From: Kondoa subrosea
Lineage: Eukaryota
Length of the DNA stretch: 25,040 nucleotides
Reading direction: 5' to 3'
Assembly: GCA_039545335.1 (NCBI GenBank)
Contig: BCIN01000010.1
Coordinates: 515,804-540,843, forward strand
This document shows, piece after piece, positions 11,113-21,103 of this stretch; the stretch's first letter is position 1, and the number at the start of each line of letters is the position of its first letter. Both the position numbers and the translations under genes were made by a program. The notes beneath the pieces are model-generated. The model was not told the DNA's origin, did not search any database, and worked only from the letters and a program-made list of their open reading frames with translations.

Positions 11113-12498
11113 TTAGAGCTGCGACTTTCCCTTCTCTGGAAGCTCAAAAGTGACCAGCACTTCAGAGCAACCTCCCTCTAAAAACTCCTTGACTTTACTT
11201 GTCACCCTTTGCCTAAGGACCAAGATTTCACTCAGTGATATATCCCTTCTCACAACCAAGCACATCTCCAGCAAAGTATAGCTGCCACTCTTGAGCGATC
11301 GCACTCTTGAGACGCTGCTGATTTCTTTAGCTTCTTCTGCTTCCAAGAACAGCTTAACTTGGCTTGCTACTGTGAGATCTGAGGAAGCGTCCAATAGCTC
11401 CATGGCGGAGGACAAGATGAGAGAAAGCCCTTGTCGAAGAATCATGAATGCTACTGCTAGACCACCTAGTGGATCTGCCATGCTCAATCCCGCCCAACTC
11501 GTGCCCTAACAATTAAATTAGTTTGGAACAGATTCCGACGAAAGGACTAGCTCACAATAGCTGCTAAGGCTATTAGACCAGAGAAGGCATCTGATCGATG
11601 ATGCAACGCATTTGCCTTCAAAACATTTGAGTTTTCCTCTTTAGCGACCTTCATCGCTGATCAAGACATGAGACAATGTAAAATTTCACTCAGCGCTGGA
11701 CTGACTGATTCGATACAGATATTCTTTGAGCAGAACGCTTCCAAGCGCAAACCAAGCTGCATTTGGGTCAACTGATATAGAGTGATCCGCGCTTTCAATG
11801 TGTAGCGAGTGGGAGTGAGAATGTGATGACGAAGAAGAGGAGTGAGAATGGGAAGATGGCCAAAGGGTGTCGCGTAGTAAATTGAAGGAATGCAAACCTA
11901 GAAACGCGTAAGTTTCAAAGAGGGAGCAGCAGAAGATCAGCTCACCTATTCCCACACCTCCTAGTATCAAAAGCACCGATACTATCAAAGATCCTAACGA
12001 TTCGTACTTGCCATAGCCAAAAGGATAGCGATCAGATGCTGGTTTACGCGAGAAGCGCCAGCAGAAGAGGACCACAAAGTCACCAAGTAGATCTGTCATG
12101 TAGATGCTCTAGTAATCTAAAGCGTGTCTAGAAGGTCTACCGACCGCTTAGCGAATGCCCAGCATCTGCAACCAATGCAGCTGAATTTAAAGCCCTGACC
12201 AGCAGATGAGCTGATATCCCTGCAGTACACCATAAGGAACTGACCACCCTGCCAATCCCTTAACAAAGACCAAGCCAACATTCGCAAACAAGCCAATCAA
12301 CGTAATCCTGCTGCCTTTGTCCTTTGATTTCCCGCTCAAAGCAGATAACAGCAAGGTCATTTCATCCTGCTCTTTATGATCATGATCATGCTCATGCGAT
12401 GTTGATGCTGTGTCGTGATTATGTGAATGCGAATGTGACGATGAAGACCGTGAAAGAGAAGGTCGCAGAGCTGCTAACTGAGGGTGCTCCAGTGCCAT
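11113..12498 (-). CDS. MMT2: Cation diffusion facilitator metal transporter, MMT1/MMT2-like (mitochondrial iron); start codon uncertain
   Basis: Spliced GSRITLIGLFANVGLVFVKGLAGWALNSAALVADAGHSLSDLLGDFV, YPFGYGKYESLG, ANALHHRSDA and ADPLGGL, with His-rich HSHSH tracts and a C-terminal dimerisation-domain-like region. Confidence 0.88.
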
Positions 12499-12934
12499 TG
12501 GGTTGCAGGGTATGCCTAATGAAGGGTAGCAACAGCTTCCTTCCAACGGAATGGCACTCGTCGTCACACGTCACGGTTTTGGGTCAAACATGGGCGATAT
12601 TTTTAAGACACAGAACCGAAGGCGTGAAAAGTGAAGAAAACCAGACAGAAAGGACTGCGGGAATGAGTCAGTAAGAACGCACCAAATCTCTTCTCTGTGT
12701 CATAATTGGTGCGGACGAAAAGCGAAGTTATGCAATAATCTATAAAGAAGTAACGAATTGTAGGACAACAACGATGCAATGGTAGCCCTAGATAATACCA
12801 TGAACAAGAACTACTACCTAGAAGACACGTTTATAATAAAAAGAGAGGAGTAAAACCGCCGTTTACAGATTGATTTGAGGAGAGGGTGAGTTTGCTTGAG
12901 GGATACAAGACGAGTCCAACTGGCTGGTGCTTGT

Positions 12935-14200
12935 TTATGCCTTGGAGCAGTATGCTGGAGAGCCGCGAGGAGTGACCTTAGTGAGACCCCAGCAAGATAA
13001 TCCGCATTCGCCACTGCATATCAAGTCGGCGCGATACCAGCACATACAGGAGATTAACTTACCCGGCGCAGTAAGCTTTTCCCAAACCGTTGTACGAGGG
13101 AGGGCAAACGTTTCCAGGAGTACCGCAGTTGTTGGTGTCATTACCAGTGTTGGTGCACTGTTAGGAAATTCAGAGATGATACCAGACTGTCAGGCTCTGA
13201 CATACCTGGCAGACTGATCTGTCGGCATTGCAGTACAATTGGAAACCAAGGTGAGCATTGCAGTTGGCAGTGCATTGACCATCTCGGCAAAGGGAGTAAC
13301 CGCTACAATAGAAACGCAATCAGCATGGATTTCACTGGAAGCAGGCAAGGAAGGGCGAACCCGGCGATTGGAGGGCAAGTAACACCACCGCATGTCTGAG
13401 CGCTTCGGACGCAAATGGAACCGGAAGCGTAGAAACCATCATCACACTTGAAGGAGCATCGGCCAGCGATGCAGATTCCCTGCGCTCTGGCAACTGTGGT
13501 AGGGCATTGACGGTCGTAAGAGCAGCGAGGTGCGACGATCCTGATAGGTTTATAGCATTAGCGCACAGCAAAAGATGAGTACAAATATTGACTTACTGTC
13601 CGGTGCAAGCTGTACCATCGAATCGAGTGTTACCCAAGCACATGTAACTGCAGGTGCCTTCTGCAGTGCAGATAGCTCTTGCGTTTTGGATTCCAGTTGA
13701 GCACTAACGATAAAGGTAAAAAACGGTTCAGCTTAATACCAAGATTGTAGACGCGTCGAAGTTTCCTGACCTGGTTGTTCATGCGACATTGGGCTCCTGG
13801 ATTGGCAGGTCGAGGCTGGATAAGCGCCTTTGTAAGCCAAATTTTCTGAACGGAAGAGTACTCAAACTTACATCCTTGAAACCACCTGGAGTGATTGGCA
13901 TACGTGGACCAGGAGGAGGTGGGCCACGGTTGTGTGGGTAACCATATTGACTGCAGAAGAATCACGTTAGCACTGTAGTAAACACCCAAAGCTATTGATT
14001 CACTCGGCGTGGTTGGGTCTTCCGCGAGGAGGACGAGGAGGGCGACCAGCAGGTGGTGGAGGAGGGCCACCAGGACCAGCAGGAGGACCAGGAGGACCAG
14101 CAGGAGGACCAGCAGGAGGTGGAGGGGGTGCTTGACCGAGAACGGAAGTAGCAGATAGAAGCGCAAGCGCGATAGTAGTGATAAAAGCTAGTCTAGGCAT
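12935..14200 (-). CDS. Secreted Pro/Gly-rich, Cys-rich repeat protein (8 exons, 26 Cys)
   Basis: Signal peptide MPRLAFITTIALALLSATSVLG, then PPAG/PPG repeats. Seven GT-AG introns spliced by hand keep the frame open and give four six-Cys modules ending ...GSPAYCSKA* at 12935. Confidence 0.85.
14030..14130 (-). repeat. Coding tandem repeat (CCTCCTGCTGGT / CCTCCTGGT units) encoding PPAG/PPG
   Basis: Seen on the + strand as repeated accagcaggagg / accaggagg. Confidence 0.85.
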
Positions 14201-15487
14201 TGTTGATTAATTTCCTTGTGGGAGTGAGTGATTACTGAGTGTCGAAGGACTTGTAGCTGAAGCTGTAAAAGAATGTCGGTCACCGAAACAAAACAGACGA
14301 TTAGTTGAATTGATTGTAATGGGAAGAGAAGCAAGAAACACAGGTGTGCAAGCTTTTTTAGCTTGTCCGTTGTTTGTTTTCGTTGGCCCGGAACATACTC
14401 AACGGTAATTCATGGCGTTGGATCGGCAAGACAAAACGCTCCTAGTGGCCTCATGACGCGTCTGTACTCTAACGCTCAGCTACAAACTGAGCCAAGGCTT
14501 GAACCGAAATTAAGACTTTCTAAAGAAAGAAGAACATAAATTGGAACACAAATTGGAGTATGGAGTAGTGAAAACAAAACAGAGATTTACTGGGATACCT
14601 CTCAGCAAGAGATCAGAAACAACAATACAGTCACAGAATGCAGTCACAGAATTTCTGCAGGAGATGAGATTGAGAAGAGATTGGGCAGCGACACAGTTTC
14701 AAGACAAGTGACTTTTCACGAATCTTCATCTTTATTTTGCCCAAGTCTTGTCAGTACACAACACCATCTGCAAGGCCTCCGATTGCTCCTTGAACGACCA
14801 GCAGCCTAGCTTGTCTCCTGTGTCTGCTTCAATATAGAAGGGTCATACTTCCGTTCTTTCATAATTTCGAGCGATGTACGACGGCCTCTTCTTCTTCAGG
14901 ACCAGCATGTCCGTCGCTACAATTCTGCTGCTGTATAACCCAGCATGGATTGCTACGGTTGCTCTCCTGACTCCTGCTTCCGCTCTTTCTGTGAAGCTTG
15001 TCATTGCCGATCCTTACACATACCATCAAGCAGAAACAGACAATAAACGCACAGAGTATCTACGGCTTGTCTGCAGTCTGTTTGATTTGGACAGCTGAAA
15101 ATGAAGCAACTCTCTTCTGATGCATTGACGGTCAGCTTTATTCGCTCCATGATCAACTGGTTACTTCTAGAGCCTGTAACAATCCGAACGGTATCCCTAA
15201 AGAAGTCTCTGTATATATCGATAAGAATTTTGCGGCCGTCCTACAACTCTAAATACTGCTTCCGATGCTGCGCTGCTTAAATAAAGGTTTGGCAGTCTCT
15301 CTCTCTCTGCAGAGGAAGCTAACGATACGAGATCCCGTCGTCGCTGTATCCGCATTCGTCTGTAGCTGCTCTGTCGTCAGCCCGTCGATCTCACTGTCGA
15401 GTGCTGGGTATGCAATCGTATCATCACTGGAGCTATCAGTCAAAACCTCCGGAATGATGGCCTTGAAAGAATGGATGCCATCCAAGT

Positions 15488-15773
15488 ATCTGGTTTAATC
15501 AATTCGAGAGCAGCATCTTATGCATCGCTCGTCGACTAGAGACCTGCATAGACTAGTGGGCTTTGCCTCTCTCAGACAGACACGATTACTCATAACTGGT
15601 TCAGCGACAAGATTCTGGTTCTGGATAGCGGAAAGCTGGTCGAATATGACTCACCTGCTCGACTGCTTGCCAACAAAGAAGGCGCATTTTCAGCTTTGTG
15701 CAGGGATAGCGGGAACTACGAAGGCTTGATTGCTGCAGCTGGTCAACCTTTCGCAGAAGTAGAAGCGACATAG
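15488..15773 (+). pseudogene. 3' fragment of an ABCC/MRP-type ABC transporter (end of NBD2)
   Basis: Splicing 15556-15604 gives IWFNQFESSILCIARRLETCIDYDKILVLDSGKLVEYDSPARLLANKEGAFSALCRDSGNYEGLIAAAG...*, matching the IAHRL.T..DYD.ILVLD.G...EYD.P..LL consensus. In-frame TGA at 15464; no Walker, signature or TM-domain sequence recognised upstream. Confidence 0.85.
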
Positions 15774-15942
15774 ATCGGAATTAGACTTGATAGACAAAGC
15801 ATGAGATATCCAATTCAACTACTAGACTATACAAATCAAATGATAACTATTCATACTGCCAGAGATCAATGCGAGTTCGCTACGTAAAACCAAAACTGAA
15901 ATTTGCTTAAACCCAAAAACACATAACTAAATAAAAAGCTGA

Positions 15943-15984
15943 ATCCAACCCAATCCATCTCAATCTAATCTAATCCAATCCATC
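15943..15984. repeat. Degenerate pentamer repeat (CCAAT/CTAAT) just past the stop of the 15985 gene
   Basis: atccaacccaatccatctcaatctaatctaatccaatccatc read directly. Confidence 0.6.
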
Positions 15985-16519
15985 TCACTTGCCAAAGGTC
16001 TTTGTCCTGACCAATTTTGTGGAGTTCTTCATCTTGACCAGCTTCTCAATCCCTTTACCAACTTTGACAAGCATCGAAGATGATTTGACAACAGGTGATG
16101 CCACAGATATAGGGGGAACTCGATCTTCCATTCTAGGTGAGCATCGATAGAGCTGATCCATGTCTTTTGCAGCTGGATATTCNTCCATGTCNAAAGTGAA
16201 GACAGNGCAGANCGAAGTATTTGGACCTTGGTAGANGCTGACAGAAGAGTTGGATGAGCTNGATGAAGAGGAGAAGGTATCNGAGCTCGACTCTTTGCGT
16301 TGAAGAATTNAGCGAGAAGGTTGTTTGGCAAGCCAAAGGAATTGTTCTGAGCTTTCATTGATTGAGCTAGAAGGTGAAGCCTGTACGCTGTATCTGTCTG
16401 ACAACTAGGAGATGGGAATCAGACTGGAAGTTTGAGGGATAAAAGGAGAGACATACGTCAGAAGAACAGGTTTCGCTTTGAGGAGTTGCTGGCTGCTCCA
16501 AACTNAAGGAGGACTCGTN
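15985..16519 (-). CDS. Ser-rich hypothetical protein (paralog A); 5' exon(s) hidden in the N-masked block
   Basis: 63-nt exon 16457-16519 (xESSxSLEQPATPQSETCSSD) preceded by a CTGAN...TTCAG acceptor, intron 16405-16456, last exon ending VKVGKGIEKLVKMKNSTKLVRTKTFGK*. Confidence 0.6.
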
Positions 16520-16556
16520 CTGAANAGAGAAATNTCAGNTAGGAACTGCANAAGGA

Positions 16557-17056
16557 NNGNNNANNNANNTNNNNCNNNNNNNNNNANGNNNNNTNNNNNN
16601 NNNNNNNTTNNNNTTNANNNNANNNCNATNNNNANAGTNNNNGNTNNNNANNNNANNNGNNNANNNANNANNANGNNNNGNNNNNNNNTNNTGNTTNNNA
16701 NNNNNNNCNNNNNNTNTNNNGANTNGNNNNNNNTNNAGNNNNAANTNNNANNNGCNNGNNNNTTNNNNNTNNNNNNNNGGANNANNGNGNNNNNCGNNAN
16801 NNGTANNNANNNNNNNNNNNNNNNNNNNNAANNNNNNNGANACNANNNNCNNCNNACNNNNNNNNNNNANNNNCNNNAANNNNNNNNNNGANNNTNNNNN
16901 NNNNNGNNAANAGNNNNNNNNCNTGNANNNANNATNNANNNNNTNNANNNNCNNCNTNNNNNNNNNNNNNCNTNNNTNNNNNNNTNNCNTNNNNCNNNNC
17001 NNNCNNNNNNNTNNNANNNGNCNNNNNNCNNNNNGNANNNNNNNANNNNCNNNNNN
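16557..17056. other. Heavily N-masked low-confidence block
   Basis: Mostly N with scattered called bases; isolated Ns already appear from 16183. Confidence 0.95.
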
Positions 17057-18287
17057 CAGAAGCGCTGAGGTAGAAGACAGGAATCAGCAGCAGATAGGAG
17101 AGCCCTGGTGCAGTCCTGTGCAGTAGAGCAATGTGAGAGCAGATTAAAGTTGCCAGAGTAGAAATCGTGTACGGTTTCCAAGCAGAGAGTAATGGGAAAC
17201 TCGAGCCCTACTTGAATAGTTGCAAGGCATGGTCGGCCTACACTAGGATGGATTGGGGGCCAATGAAGTTGCGAGCAGACGTTCTTGCTCGCTCGAGGTC
17301 AAGGGAGCTTTCGACCCGTTGCAGCGAAACGATAGCCAAAAGATAGCTCGTCTCAGTCATACAGAGCTTTGAAGACTTATAGCAAGCCTACACGAGCACT
17401 GCGTCCTATTCTGCTGTCAGCCAGACGCAAGCTCACCGATTCAACTTTTAATTTCGAGCTCTTCCTCGGTAATCTCCTCGGCGGGACGTAGTACAGCGCT
17501 TTTTCGCAGCATACGTACTACCAGAATCAGGATCCCTTAGTTTGAGTCACAACGGCTCACATACTGTGAGACATTTCCGAGACAATGGCTCTGTGTCCGA
17601 GTTCCTTTCATTCTGGTTCTGCATGTGTTGTGCTTCTCTCTGGCTCAGATGAATTCCTTTGTATGGATACTGCTACGTTGTGATTATTGGCCTGTTAGAT
17701 ATCGATTATCTCGCTCACATCCCCATCCTCTGTTCCGTCGTGTCGTTTCAACACTACGACGGTTTTCTGCTCCTGTGGCTTATTTACTATCTGCGTGTTC
17801 AGCACTATCATATTCGATCACCTTGCATCCAGTCTGGAGCACTTCTTTCACTTGTGCTTTCGTGTATGCCAGGACATGCTGGTCAAAGCTGGCTTTAACT
17901 ATAATGACTCGCAAGATCTCCTGTACCTTGCTTCTCCGTTCTAGCTATTCCCATGATGAAATCGCTCCGTCTTTATCATTGTACATTTTTTTCAAAATTT
18001 CGTCATCGCGCGAAGAGGTGCATGTCAACAGGTCGAGTAAGAGATATGAGCGAATATCCGTGTATCAATTGCAATTCAGAAGCACTACAATATCAGAATG
18101 CCCAATGTATGGAAAATTACTTAGCATCCAGTGCTCTTGAAGAAAAGTATGAAAAAAGGTTACAATGACAAAAAGCGCTCATGTGAGTATTACCGCGCAA
18201 CAAATTTTGGCACCAACTTCCCCGAACCAAAAAGAAAAACGACGAAAAGGAAACCACCATACGAAACCCATACGAAAGAGTCGGCGA

Positions 18288-19328
18288 TCAGTAAGTAGTT
18301 GATCGAGCCAAACGTTTCTTGCCAACCAATTTCGCTACCGCTTTGCCTACCGCAGCGAACAATTTCGTCCCTCCTTTAGTACTACTACTACTGCGACTTG
18401 AACTTCTTTCCCTTTCTGGTGAAAGCGAAGCATTCGTTCTAGCCACACTTGCTTTACTTGATCTTCTGCTTAATCTTTCATCTTCCATCTGAGAGACCAT
18501 AACAGAGTTGAGCTCCTCAATGTGAATAGGTAGAGCTTCTTTTGAAGTGTAAGCTGAAGCTTCGTTACCATAACGAGATAAAGGTTCCATCTTTGCAGCA
18601 TGAGGTGAGTCATGAATTTCTAGCGTTTGAACAGAATGATGTGGCGCAGGAGGTAAAGGAAGGAATTGGCGAGCATCGTAATCCAGATCAATGCCTGTCA
18701 GGTCGATCAGCTGAGAGCTTTGCGCAAGTTTTATGGGCATGGACTTACACTTCATCATATGTTCATCATTGCGATAACCATCTAACAAACTCGCTGGAGG
18801 TGTTTGAACTCGATAAAAGGATAAGACGGAAGAAGAAACCGAAGCCAGAGAGACAGAGGAAGCTTGAGGATCATTCCACCAATAAGGACTTGCACGTTCT
18901 CCCCCCTCTTCTACATCATCACCGTCTGAGTCATCATGTTGTGGTTCGTTGTTGTTGTCATGAAAGAGTAGAATTTCTTTAGGTATGAGAGGAGAATTTT
19001 GTGTTGATGTGACCGCAGTAGAGGGACCAGCAGGTGAGAAGAACCCATCTGAGTCTTCACAGTCTGTGGCAGAAGACTGATGCAAATGCGGATTTCATTG
19101 AGCGGGATTCATCATTCTCAAGAGGGAAAAGAACCCACTTCGCGTGATAAAGGATTGCCAGGCATACTGAGATCCTCTTGCTGATGGTTGTGAAGAAAGG
19201 CCAGACACTTCTATACAGTAAGCAAGCAAACAGGTCAGAAGGTTGCCTCTCGAGAGCAGAACTATCTAGAAATAGGGACTGACCGCCTCGAAATGCTGAG
19301 AATCGTTTGCGGTCCTATAGGATACCAT
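18288..19328 (-). CDS. Ser-rich hypothetical protein (paralog B), about 301 aa, 3 exons
   Basis: Exons 19284-19328 (MVSYRTANDSQHFEA), 19139-19210 (KCLAFLHNHQQEDLSMPGNPLSRE) and 18288-19076, joined by phase-0 GT-AG introns. Ends LFAAVGKAVAKLVGKKRLARSTTY*. Confidence 0.7.
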
Positions 19329-19472
19329 GGTTAAGGAAACGAGAATATGGTTGGGAGCAAAAGGGGAAGGACGAACTAGAAAAGCTTTGAATAGCAAATT
19401 GCAAAAACGGTCCGCGGTGCCGCGAGGATTTTGAATGGATCACAAGACGTGAGCGCGGAATAAGAGTAATGG

Positions 19473-19475
<3 letters not shown>

Positions 19476-19531
<56 letters not shown>
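19476..19531. repeat. (AG)n microsatellite of about 28 units between the divergent paralog B and ATP10 genes
   Basis: Direct reading. Confidence 0.98.
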
Positions 19532-19533
<2 letters not shown>

Positions 19534-19880
19534 GAATGCCCATGGGCTCATGCCGTACAACCGTTTCGAATTTATCATGCCAAAGCGCCTAGATACAAAA
19601 ATGGAATCGGAATTCGAAGTCAATCGAAGCAAAACCTGAGAATTTAGTCAGGGGGTTGAGCATGACCGCATGCTATACAGTACAGTAAGGGCAGCACAGA
19701 GTAATTGAGGAGACAATCACTGGAGAATCAGAATCATTTCGCAGCGATTTTTGAGCAATCACTTGATTGACTGTTCATATAGTTATATCGATGATTTAGT
19801 CGCCTGTCAGTATCGCTTACATCGCTGTTTGGCAATGAGAACGCGTTTTCTTCAAGAGCGCGTTGATTCGCGACGGCGTC

Positions 19881-20937
19881 ATGCAAAATTTGGCAAAGAG
19901 AGCAAGACTGTTGGAGCCTATCCTCGTGACAAGTCCTAGTGCAAGACATGTCGCAACCGAATCCAAACCTATCAAGTCAGCAAATATAGCAGGACCACCT
20001 TATTTACCTCGACCTTTAGGTATTTCTACACCTCCCAGCAGTTCAGTAGCTCCACAACCTTCAGTCAAGTCAAGATTGTTGGATTCAGAAGGAAGGAAAC
20101 AGGAGCGCAAGATTTTAACAAAGCAATTATCGAAATCTTACTTTGAGGATTTGAGCCAATTGTCGCATACTGGAGGAAAACTATGGATCGCTCCAGAAAC
20201 AGTCATTCGATCAGATGTGCGTATAAATCTCGCTTGCCGAGGACCAGAGGGGACTGATCAAAATGTGAGGTGTCGCTAGAAAGCACTCTATTTTCCTGCT
20301 ATACAAGGAATCTCGTTGGCGAATAAGGAGACTAAGAACACTGCTGATCTACTCAAAGATAAAGTTTCCCTTGTTGCTGTTCTAAATACCAAAATCTCTG
20401 TAGTAAATTGTTTCTCCGTTGACCATTTGTTCGAGCTAAGGCTGAGGCGGAAAGGAACATGTCGATTCTTTCTTACCGACAATAGCAAAAGATCAAGCTT
20501 CTGAACCTCTTTTCCAAATAGTCAATGTAAGTTCTTCCTTTCAATGAAATTGTCTTTCAAGCTTGATCGTCGTTCGGACAGATCAATTTACAAGACAACT
20601 TACTCAAATCATGGCTTGTTTCAATGTACCTATCATCACTGAGGAAACAAGTTCCTTTAGAACAGCATGAGAATTATCTTCTGACAAATCAAAACATCGA
20701 ATTGCTCAAAGAAGTGAGTTCCATTTCTTCTCTTAATGGTAATACCTTGCTCATTTCATCTCATAGCCACTGGGGATGCTGAATAAGCATGTAGGCTATC
20801 TATACTTGGTAGATTGGCAGCAAAAAATTCGATGGGCAGGAGTAGGTTTTGCTGAAGAAGGTGGGAAAGAATTATCGGGTTTGAGAACATGTACATCAGT
20901 TCTGTTATCGAGATTAAAAGAGGGTGCAGAGCCCTAA
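19881..20937 (+). CDS. ATP10: Mitochondrial ATP synthase assembly factor Atp10
   Basis: Spliced LPRPLGISTPP, SKSYFEDL...GGKLWIAP...KALYFP, INLQDNLLKSWLV and LGMLNKHVGYLYLVDWQQKIRWAGVG; four short introns; stop TAA 20935-20937. Confidence 0.93.
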
Positions 20938-21103
20938 TTCTGATCGATCGTAAAAATATCCCTTGGTCCATTTTCATCTTCATCTCCTGACGTTGCAAAC
21001 ATGAAAAAAACCTTCTTTACGCCCCTTTTTCCAAGTACACTTTAGACTAGACATGTGAAGCTATGCATTACTTATACTTTCTTCCTGCTTCCTTCCTTTC
21101 CTT

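Noticed and set aside
13630..14166. 178-aa Leu-rich ORF
   Set aside because: It is an alternative frame of the Pro-rich repeat and runs through introns.
14628..14652. Small tandem duplication CAGTCACAGAAT x2; similar CCATACGAAA x2 near 18257 and a GTAGTAC/GTACTAC hairpin near 17488-17521
   Set aside because: Too short and isolated to distinguish from slippage or chance.
16405..17181. Long ORFs of 258 aa (-) and 196 aa (+) across the masked block
   Set aside because: They are artifacts of Ns hiding stop codons.
17585..18168. Overlapping hydrophobic + strand ORFs, considered as a pheromone receptor or membrane protein
   Set aside because: No recognisable motif, no consistent splice model and no regular TM pattern.
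19315..19632. 105-aa ORF with an SLSLSL run
   Set aside because: It is produced by the (AG)n microsatellite.
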